Positions 38,201-47,578 of a DNA stretch of 47,578 bases are shown in pieces. The translations under genes and the position numbers were made by a program. The stretch's first letter is position 1; every line of letters begins with the position of its first letter. Source of the stretch: Chiloscyllium plagiosum (taxonomy: Eukaryota); the NCBI RefSeq assembly GCF_004010195.1, contig NC_057718.1, forward strand, positions 16,134,420 through 16,181,997, in the 5' to 3' direction. The notes under the pieces were generated by a model. The model searched no databases, had not been told where the DNA came from, and saw nothing but the letters and a program-made list of their open reading frames with translations.

Positions 38201-38862
38201 CTCCAGCAGGTCCTGGCCAATCCAGTCCCACAGACCAGAATAGAGCTTGACCAGTGCAGCAAATGCACACCCCACAGGTGGTATTCAGTCTACATGGAGT
38301 CCTGGCCTACCCTTGGAAAACCAGGGCCTCTCACAGGAACAATACATTGTACAGGTGCAGTTAACTCAGAGGTTTGGTCCACTCTCAAAGGAAAGGTGCT
38401 CTCCTCCCAGCACACACAGGTGTTAAATCTTCAGAGGCCCAGTCCCAGGGCTAGGCCTCCCCACAGGAACAGCTCCTCTGGTAAAATGTATGTCTTCCAC
38501 AAGGGCTCAGTCCAAACACCAATACAAAGAAAACTAGAGTCCAAGGGCTAAGCCCTACCACAAAATTAACATTTTTATCCTTTTCTCAAAAAGAGTGTAA
38601 GAGAAGAGTAACACAGGCTGTAACTAGCCAGTGAAACAACACTCCCGTAATGAGAACTGAGCTACACCTGAAACACGTTGTGTGCATCAAGAGTTTAACA
38701 ATCAGTCCTTACTAAGAGGAATGTGAGTTAACAGACTGCCTAAATAATTTAGCCAGTTCAGGAATCAGGTTTCCCCCTCAAAAAAAGGGAAACAGAAACT
38801 AACAGTTTCATACTGACTGTAACACCAGCCAATATAGAGTCAGTCCCCTAAACTGAGAAGAC
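35205..38862 (-). mobile_element. Element B, full-length copy 1, interrupted by Tx1 family C
   Basis: 35205-36106 plus 38256-38862 are collinear with 38877-40531. Confidence 0.85.
36107..38255 (-). mobile_element. Tx1-clade LINE family C, 5'-truncated ORF2 (RT plus C-terminus), frameshifted
   Basis: LNADYKILSKVISNRV, ISLDQEKAFDRI, SGVRQGCPLSP, YMDNV, WLVARRALPVR; AATAAA and poly(A); GCAGCAA at 36100-36106 and 38256-38262. Confidence 0.93.
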
Positions 38863-38876
38863 AATCTCCTGTTTAT

Positions 38877-40531
38877 AATATTTTATAAAAACAAACTACA
38901 ACACAGTTTACAAAATCAGTTAACATGTACAGCTGTATACAACAGCAATTTTACAAGGAAGTGGAGCAGCAAAGCCAGGCCCCAAACCCTACCATTCAAC
39001 CAGTTTACAGGGAAAGGAGGACAGACCTCAAATCCCAGTTTCACATAAAAGACAATGACATTTGTACATAAAAAACTAGTCCAGTTACATAAAGAGTGCA
39101 TACAATACAGACCCAGCAAGCCCCCATCCCTCCCACCTTCTGGCCACTCTAAGGCAGCCCACCCCTATGTACCTTCCGGCTCTCGGTCCACCCCATGCCC
39201 CTTTCAGTTCTTGGTCTGCCCTGACACACCTTTTGACCACCTCTAGGGCAGCCTGCCCTGGTACCTGCCCAGGGTGACAGCACTGAGGACTGCTACCTGC
39301 CTTCTGGCTCTGTCTGCCCCTACGTACCATTGGGCTCTCATCCTGATGCACTGTCCGGCCAGTGGGCTATCCTGGCACACCTTCCAGCCACCTCTAGGAC
39401 AGCCCATCTCCTTCCCTGGGACGACAGCATCCAGGGTAGCCCACAAGCCTTCCAGATCTCAGCCTGCCCGTACGCACCTTCTGGCTTTTGGCTGCTCTGA
39501 CACCTTTTAACCACTTCTAGGACAGCCCGTCCCAATCACCCCTTCTTGGGACGACAGCGCTCAGAACGGCCTACCCACTATCCAGTCTCGGGGTGACTGG
39601 CATCAGGGTGGCCTACCCACCCTCTGGCTCTCAGGACGACTCATGAGCCTCCTCGTAAGACCTGCCAGACCCAGGGACACAAGACAGTGCAGGTGATAAC
39701 CTAACAAAACACCACAATACAGTTAGTTACAAAAATAAGTCCTTTCTGGTACACAGTCCAAATATATAGAGTCTTCAGAATACAGAATCCATTCCCAGGA
39801 ATGGAGTCCACTCCAGTTTATGAGGTGCATTATCCAAAATGGAGTCCACTCCAAACTGCAGAGTCCACTTCCAAAGGCAGCAAATGCACACCCCACAGCA
39901 CACTGGTGTTCAATCTCCATGGAGTCCTGGCACATCCTTGGAGAGCCAGTCCCACTCACAGGAACATAGTGCATTGCACAGGTGCAGTTAACTCACAGGG
40001 GTTTTTGGTCCACTCCTGAAGGCAAGATCTTCTCCAAAACTCTAGGACACAGCAAGTGCTCACCTCCCAGCACACACACAGGTGTTCAATCTTCAGAGGC
40101 CCAGTCCCAGGGCTAGGCCTCCCCACAGAGCTCCTCTGGTAAAAATGTATGTCTTCCACAAGGGCTCAGTCCAAAACACCAAAAACAGTGAGGATGCATA
40201 CAAAAAACAAAGAAAACTAGAGTCCAAGGCCTAAGCTCTACCATAAAATCCACATCGTCCTTTTCGCAAAAAGTAAGTAAAAGGAGAGAAAAGAATAACT
40301 AGCCAGTGAAACAACAATCCCCCTAATGAGAACTGAGTTTCACCTGAAACACATTATGTGCATCAGGAGGTTAACAATCAGCCCTCACTAAAAGGAATGC
40401 CAGTTAACAAACTGGCTAAATAATTCAGCTAGTTCAGAAATCAGGTTTCCCCCTCCAAAAAAAAGAAAACAAAACTACAGTAACACGAGCCACTAACACC
40501 AGAGTTAGTCCCCTAAACTGAGAAGACTCGG
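38877..40531 (-). mobile_element. Element B, full-length copy 2 (~1.65 kb, no long ORF)
   Basis: Bounded by AATCTCCTGTTTAT at 38863-38876 and 40532-40545. Confidence 0.85.
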
Positions 40532-41791
40532 AATCTCCTGTTTATAATATTTTATTAAACAAATTACAAAATACAGTTTACAAAAAAATCCCATTAACAG
40601 CTGTATACAACAGCAATTTTACAAGGGAGAGGAGCAACAAAGCCAGGCCCCAAATCCGACCATTCCAACCAGTTTACAGGGAGACGAGGGCAAACCTCAA
40701 ATCCCAGTTCCACATATGACAAGACAGTGACAATGAATTTGTAAATAAAAAGGACAATCCAGTTACATAAAGTGCATACAATACAGACCCAGCAAGCCCA
40801 CATCCCTCCCACCTTCCGAGCACTCAAAGGCGGTCCACCCTGACACCTTTCGACCACCTCTGGGGCAGCCCACCCTGGTACCTGCCTGGGGTGACAGCAT
40901 GGAGGACGGTTACCTTGCCTTCTGGCTCTTGGTCTGCCCCATCATACCATTGGGCTCTCACCCACCCCAATGTGCTATCCAGGCACACCTTCCGGCCACC
41001 TCTAGGATAGCCCGTCCCCTTCCCTGGGAAGGCAGTGTGCAGGGTAGCCCACAAGCCTTCCGGATCTCAGCCTGCCTCTACGCACCTTCTGGCTCTCGGC
41101 TGCTCTGACGCACCTTTCGACATCTCTAGGACAGCCCGTCCCAATTACCCCTTCTCGGGACGACAGTGCTCAGAACGGCCTACCCACCATCTGGCTCTCA
41201 GGGCAACTGGCATCAGGGTGGCCTACCCACCCTCCGGCTTTTGGGACAGCATATCAACCTTCAGGTTCACAGGGTGGCCTACCCACCCTCCAGCTCTCGG
41301 GGTGACAGCCTTCAGGATGACCCATGAGCCTCCCAGCTCACAGCAAGGCCTGCCAGACCCAGGAACACGCAAGACAGTGCAGGTGATAAACCCAGGAAAC
41401 ACCACAATACAGTTAACTACCAAAAAACTGTCCTTTCTGGTACACAGTCCAAATCTATACAGTCTTCAAAATATAGAATCCATTTCCAGGAAGAGTCCAC
41501 TCCAGTATACAGTGTGCATTGTCAGAAATAGAGTCCACTACAAACTGCAGAGTCCGCAACCAAGGGCAGAGTCCACTCCTGAAGGCAGCAAATGCACATA
41601 GGTGTTCAGTCTCAATGGAGTCCTGGTCCAGCCTTGGAGAGGCAGGCCCACTCCCAGGAACACAGTACATTGTAAAGGTACAGTTAACTCACAGGGGTTT
41701 GGTCCACTCCTGAAGGAAAGGTCTTCTCCCAAACTCCAGGAAACAGCAACTGCTCACCTCCCAGCACACACAGGTGTTCAATCTTCAGAGG

Positions 41792-42017
41792 AGAAAGTGA
41801 GGTCTGCAGATGCTGGAGATCAGAGCTGAAAATGTGTTGCTGGAAAAGCGCAGCAGGTCAGGCAGCATCCAGGGAACAGGAGAATCGACGTTTCGGGCAT
41901 AAGCCCTTCTTCAGGAATCCCTGATTCCTGAAGAAGGGCTTATGCCCGAAACGTCGATTCTCCTGTTCCCTGGATACTGCCTGACCTGCTGCGCTTTTCC
42001 AGCAACACATTTTCAGC
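41792..42017. mobile_element. Palindromic PLE-terminus mini-element with 15-bp target-site duplication
   Basis: 96-bp inverted arms 41824-41919 and 41923-42018 (one mismatch, 3-nt spacer); TTCAATCTTCAGAGG at 41777-41791 and 42018-42032; empty site visible at ~40085. Confidence 0.93.
41923..41960 (+). ncRNA. Minimal type I hammerhead ribozyme motif (PLE-associated); mirror copy on the minus strand at 41882-41919
   Basis: gattc CTGAAGA A GGGC ttat GCCC GAAAC GTC gattc: catalytic core, 4-bp stem II, palindromic ACGT in place of stem III, GUC cleavage triplet. Confidence 0.75.
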
Positions 42018-42388
42018 TTCAATCTTCAGAGGCCTAGTCCCAGAAAAAAAACAAAGAAAACTTGAGTCCAAGGGCTAAGCCCTACCACATAATTAACCTT
42101 TTCTCAAAAAAGAGAAAAGAGTAACACACAGGCTATAACCAGCCAGTGAAACAACACTCCACTAATGAGAACTGAGTCACACCTGAAACACTGTGTGCAT
42201 CAGAAGTTTAACAATCAGTCCTCGCTAAAAGGAATGCCAGTTAACAAACTGACTAAATAATTCAGCCAGTTCAGAAATCAGGTTTCCCCCTCCAAAGAAA
42301 ACAAAACTAACAGTAACATACTGACTCTAATACAAGCCAGCATAGGGTCAGTCCCCTAAACTGAGAAGAGTCTGAATCTCCTGTTTAT

Positions 42389-44215
42389 ATATTTTTTTTA
42401 ACCCCCACACTACAGTAGTGCTTATTCTTTCCTCAGCATCTCCTGTTTATTTTTTTTTTGAAACTAGAGTTGGAGGGAGAAAATTTCCTTTTTTTTTCTT
42501 TTTTAACCCCCACACTACCGCCTAACTGCGGTAGTGCTTATTTTTCCCCAGCACCCATGGTGTGTGTGTGTGTAGGTGTGAGACACAGTGAGAGACACAA
42601 GGTGCACAAATCTTTATTCAATTTCCACCACCAGGAAGATAGGAAAACACCTGGGTGGCCAGTGACAAACACTGCCCTTCACATCAAAGGGCAGTGCTGT
42701 GTGATCAAAACAGTGAAGGGGAGGGTACGGACTAAATCAAACTAGAGTTGGAGGGAGAAAATTTCCTGTTTATTTTTTTTCTTATTTTCTTTCTTTTTTT
42801 TTCTTTTTTTTCATTTTTTTTGTTTCTTTTTTCAAAGTGAATCTCCTGTTTATTTTTTTATGTCTCTCCCCTCCAAGGGCCGGTTCCTCCCGGGGATACC
42901 CAGGCTTGCCTCCATTCCTTTTTTTTGCTTTCTTTTTTTTCTCCCAGCACCCAAATCTCCTGTTTATTTTTTTATTATTTAACCCCCACACTACCACCTA
43001 AGTGCGGTAACGCTTATTTTTTTCCCAGTCCCCATGGTGTTTGTGTGCAGGTGTGAGACACAGTGAAAGAAACAAGGTGCACGAATCTTTATTCAAATAC
43101 CACCACCAGGAAGATAGGAAAACACCCGGGTGGCCAGTGACAAACACTGCCCTTCAGATCAAAGGGCAGTGCTGTGTGATCAAAACAGTGAAGGGGAGGG
43201 TACGGACTAAAGCAAACTAGAGTTGGAGGGAGAAAATTTCCTGTTTTTTTTTTTCTTTTTTTTCTTTTCTTTTCTTCACAGTGAATCTCCTGTTTATTTT
43301 TTGCTTTTTTTTTTGTAATCCCCGTTTATTTAATTTTTTTTTTCTTTTTTTTTCTTTTAACCCCCACACTACCGCCTAACTGCAGTAGTGCTTATTTTTT
43401 CCCCAGCACCCATGGTGTGTGTATACATGTGAGACACAGTGAAAGACACAAAGTGCACGAATCTTTACTCAATTTCCACCACCAGGAAGATAGGAAAACA
43501 CCCGGGTGGCCTGTGACAAACATTGCCCTTCACATCAAAGGGCAGTGCTGTGTGATCAAAACAGTGAAGGGGAGAGTACGGACTAAAGCAAACTAGAGTT
43601 GGAGGGAGAAAATTTCCTGTTTATTTTTTTTCTTTTTTTTTCTTTTCTTTTTTTCACAGTGAATCTCCTGTTTATCTTTTTTTTCTCTTTTTTTTTTACT
43701 TTCTGTGCAGGTGTGAGACACAGTGAAAGACACAAAGTGCACGAATCTTTATTCAAATTCCACCACCAGGAAGATAGGAAAACACCCGGGTGGCCAGTGA
43801 CAAACACTGCCCTTCACATCAAAGGGCAGTGCTGTGTGATCAAAACAGTGAAGGGGAGGAACACTCCTTTTTTTTCTTTCTTTTTCTTTTTTTAAAATCT
43901 TTTTTCTTAAACCCCCACACTACCACCTAAGTGCAGTAGTGCTTATTTTTTCCCCCCGCATCCATGGTGTGTGTGTGCAGGTGTGAGACACAGTGAAAGA
44001 CACAAAGTGCACGAATCTTTATTCAATTTCCACCACCAGGAAGATAGGAAAACACCCGGGTTGCCAGTGACAAACATTGCCCTTCACATCAAAGGGCAGT
44101 GCTGTGTGATCAAAACAGTGAAGGGGAGGGTACGGACTAAAGCAAACTAGAGTTGGAGGGAGAAAATTTCCTGTTTATTTTTTTTCTTTTTTTTTCTTTT
44201 CCTTTTTTCACAGTG
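42389..44215 (-). repeat. Irregular tandem array of five copies of the Tx1 family A 3' end, separated by poly(T) tracts and target motif
   Basis: gtgagacacagtga at ~42578, 43053, 43429, 43713, 43983, homologous to 33660-33900; AAT(C/T)TCCTGTTTAT between units. Confidence 0.9.
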
Positions 44216-44331
44216 AATCTCCTGTTTATATCAGTCAGCCAAGGCTTCCTGATTGGACCAGATTAACAGCTCCAATCAAGGAACTCCTATTGTATGAGGT
44301 CCACCTGACTCAATTTGTTACAGTCACTACA
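44216..44331 (-). repeat. Upstream (U3) part of the Gypsy 5' LTR with CCAAT and TATAAA
   Basis: Minus strand starts TGTAGTGACTG; CCAAT at ~44252-44256; TATAAA at 44225-44230 followed by CAGGAGA, which joins the LTR part ending at 33654. Confidence 0.65.
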
Positions 44332-44379
44332 TTTACCATCTTGTTGGTGTTGCTGTTCTGACTTCAATTGCTATTGAGG

Positions 44380-46445
44380 CCTTCAGATCAGGAGACCCAC
44401 TCAAATATAAGGCATCCGAGTATGACCTTCTTAGAACCATTAAGACAGCCAAGGATCCAAACTAGAGACCCAGACAGATCCCCGGTGACTGTGGCAAGGA
44501 CTGAATGACATCACAGGTTCTAAAAAGAGACAATGGCAGATGAGGACCTATCCCTCCCAGGTTGCCTCAATGCCTTCTATGCTCGTTTTGAGCAGAATTT
44601 TGACAGGGAGGTAATATCTATCCTGACACGTCCTGACAAACCTATCCCAACAGTCACTGCATCAGAGGTCAGATCAGTTTTCCTTCCTGTGAATCCAAGG
44701 AAAGCGGTGGGATCATACGGAGTATCAGGCCGTGCACTCAGAGTATGCGCTGATCAACTGGCAGAGGTCTTCCTGGATAGCTTCAGCCTCTCCTTGCAGC
44801 AGGCCACTGTCCTTGCCTGTTTCTAGAGGGCCAACATCATCCCTGTGTCTAAGAAGGCTCATGCAGCGTGTCTCAATGACTGCTGCACACTGGCCTTAAC
44901 TTCAATGGTCATGAAGTGTTTTGAAAGACTGGTCATGGCATTAATCAACTCCAGCCTCCCCACTACTCTTGACCCACTCCAACTTGCCCATTGAACCAAC
45001 AGATCCACGTCAGATGCCATATCACTTGCTCTTCAGTCCTCCTTAGAACAGCTTGACACAAAGAACAGCGAAATAAGAATCCTACTGATTGACTACAGTT
45101 CAGTCTTCAACAGTATTATCCCCTTGAGACTGATTACTAAACTTAATGATCTTGGACGAAGCCCCACTCTCTGCAACTGGATCCTTCGTTTCCTGACCCA
45201 CAGGCCACAATCAGTGAAGATTGGGGACAATATTTCGTCCTCACTAACACTCAACATTGGAGCCCCTGAGGGGTGCGTACTCAGCCCTCTACAGTATCCA
45301 CTGTATACCCATGACTGTGTTGCCAAATACCAGACTAATGCCATTTACAATTTCGCTGATGACACCACCATCGTTGGTCAAATCTCAGATGGCGACGAAA
45401 CAGGCTACAGACAGGAGCTGGATGACCCAGAAAAATGGTGGACTGAGAACAACCTAGCTCTCAATGCCAGCAAACCAAGGAATTCATTATTGACTTTGGC
45501 AGGTTGTTACTCATGCCCACCTACAAATTAATAGCACAGAGGTGGAACAAGTGGAGAGTTTCAAGTTCCTGGGAGTGGTCATCCACAACAAGTTTTCTTT
45601 GACTCTTCATGTGGACGCACTGGTTACAAAGGCCCAACAACGTTTCTTCTTCCTCAGACAGCGGAGGAAATTTGGCATGATGTCCAATACTCTCACCAAC
45701 TTCTTTAGGTGCGCCATTGAGAGCATTCTATCTGGATGTATCACTACCTGGTATGGCAACTGTACCATTCAAGATTGGAGACGGTTACAGAGAGTGGTGA
45801 ACTTGACCTGCACGATCACAAAGGCCAACCTCCCATCTATAGAATCCATCTACCAGGCCCGCTGTCAATGAAAGGCCGCCAGCCAGTGGTTAGCACTGCT
45901 GCCTCACAGCACCAGAGACCCAGGTTCAATTCCCGCCCCAGGCGACTGACTGTGTGGAGTTTGCACATTCTCCCCGTGTCTGCGTGGGTTTCCTCCCACA
46001 GACCAAAATGTGCAGATTAGGTGAATTGGCCATGCTAAATTGCCCGTAGTGTTAGGTGAAGGGATAAATGTAGGGGAATGGGTCTGGGTTGCGCTTTGGC
46101 AGGCTGGTGTGGACTTGTTGGGCCGAAGGGTCTGTTTCCACACTCTAAGTAATCTAATGTAATCTCATCCTGGCAATACAACCTCTACCATCGGGGAGAA
46201 GGTGCAGAAGCCTGAACACGCACCAGCCAATTTCGTAACAGTTCCCACTCACTGTTGTTAAAATACTGAATAGACTCTCAACTTCTTAACATTTGCCTGT
46301 ACCTGTGTTTTGGTTTTGCAGCTGTTTACCTATTATTTACTTAGCTGTGCTACTTATATTTTTTGATTTGCCTGTATTTATCACAAGACAAAGCTTTTCA
46401 CTGTACCTCGGTACACGTGACACTAAATTCAATTCAGTTCAATTA
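44380..46445 (+). mobile_element. Rex1/Babar-clade LINE, 5'-truncated, decayed RT
   Basis: LNAFYARFE, VNPRKAVG, CADQLAEVF, LCNWILRFLTHRPQSV, GAPEGCVLSP, YTHDC, FADDTTIVG, AIESILSGCITTWYG; tail cttttcactgtacctcggtacacgtgac with (aattc)n. Confidence 0.9.
45884..46165 (+). mobile_element. HE1-type SINE nested in Rex1
   Basis: gtggttagcac, GGTTCAATTCC, V-domain with a short deletion, taatctaa tail. Confidence 0.9.
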
Positions 46446-46699
46446 TAAATCGGCTTTTCGAGCAGCTACTTTTAACTCCATCCTTAACTTTCAGCCAGTT
46501 CAATTAGCCTGACCTTGATTTTTCTTGGCAAATCATTCATCATATTGTGTTTTCTACTTGATTCTGGTGATATTTACTATTCACATATATGGAGACTGCT
46601 GACAAATGAGAAGATAGATGGAGATGGGCACATGGCAGCCAAGCCAAGTTAAAGACTCATAGTCATACAGCATAGAAACAGACTGTTCAGCCACATAAA

Positions 46700-47578
46700 A
46701 CATAGAACAATACAGCACAGAACAGGCCCTTCGGCCCACGATGTTGTGCCGAACATTTGTCCTATCCATGTACCTATCCAAGTGCCGCTTAAAGATCACC
46801 AATGATTCTGACTCTGCCACTCCCACAGGCAGCGCATTCCATGCCCCCACCACTCTCTGGGTAAAGAACGTACCTCTGACATCCCCCCCCTATACCTTCC
46901 ACCCTTCACCTTAAATTTATGTCCCCTTGTAACACTCTGTTGTACCCGGGGAAAAAGTCTCTGACTGTCTACTCTATCTATTCCCCTGATCATCTTATAA
47001 ACCTCTATCAAGTCACCCCTCATCCTTCGCCGTTCCAACGAGAAAAGGCCGAGAACTCTCAACCTATCCTCGTACGACTTCCTCTCCATTCCAGGCAACA
47101 TCCTGGTAAATCTCCTCTGCACCCTCTCCAAAGCTTCCACATCTTTCCGAAAGTGAGGCGACCAGAACTGCACACAGTACTCCAACTGTGGCCTAACCAA
47201 AGTCCTGTACAGCTGCAACATCACTTCACGACTCTTGAATTCAATCCCTCTGCTAATGAACGATAATACTCCATAGGCCTTCTTACAAACTCTATCCACC
47301 TGAGTGGCAACCTTCAAAGATCTATGTACATAGACCCCAAGATCCCTCTGTTCCTCCACCTGACTAAGAACCCTACCATTAACCCTGAATTCCGCATTCT
47401 TATTTGTTCTTCCAAAATGGACAACCTCACACTTGGCAGGGTTGAACTCCATCTGCCACTCCTCAGCCCAACTTTGCATCATATCTAAGTCCCTCTGCAG
47501 CCGACAACAGCCCTCCTCACTGTCCACAACTCCACCTATCTTCGTATCATCTGCAAATTTACCGACCCACCCTTCGAC
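46700..47578 (-). mobile_element. Young CR1 LINE 3' region, runs off the window end
   Basis: 243-aa open frame with LQRDLD...W.MEFNPAKC, LYRTLVRPQLEYCVQFWSP; KFADDTK at ~47540-47560; ttctatgttt tail. Confidence 0.95.

Larger units (their letters stand above)
40546..42374 (-). mobile_element. Element B, full-length copy 3, with PLE palindrome insertion
   Basis: Bounded by AATCTCCTGTTTAT at 40532-40545 and 42375-42388; AATAAA on the minus strand at its 3' end. Confidence 0.85.

Noticed and set aside
41035..41601. 188-aa ORF (and 35368-35886, 172 aa) in element B
   Set aside because: Antisense to the inferred orientation, low complexity, and frames not conserved among the three copies
42400..44230. 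CRISPR-like repeat/spacer appearance
   Set aside because: Vertebrate DNA; the spacers are homologous to each other and to a LINE 3' UTR, spacing is irregular, and there are no cas genes

Overview
Eukaryotic, repeat-saturated, apparently non-genic (intronic or intergenic) DNA, almost certainly from a shark: it carries HE1-type SINEs, many CR1 LINEs and shark-type Penelope-like elements (PLEs). I found no recognisable host gene, and the ORFs I could assign are decayed transposon ORFs or their antisense shadows. Contents: more than 12 CR1 fragments, five HE1 SINEs, other tRNA-derived SINEs, several PLE pieces carrying minimal hammerhead-ribozyme motifs, two Tc1/pogo-type MITEs, a Gmr1-like Gypsy relic, a Rex1/Babar LINE and a second Gypsy element. 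The stand-out structure is at 33655-44229. A ~10.6 kb head-to-tail stack of Tx1/L1-clade elements and a ~1.5-1.7 kb non-coding companion element sits inside the 5' LTR of the second Gypsy, at its TATA-like box, with the motif (AA)TCTCCTGTTTAT repeated at most junctions. This suggests a target-specific retrotransposon system that parasitises an LTR promoter. Family names come from my recognition of motifs, not from database searches, and boundaries of old elements are approximate.
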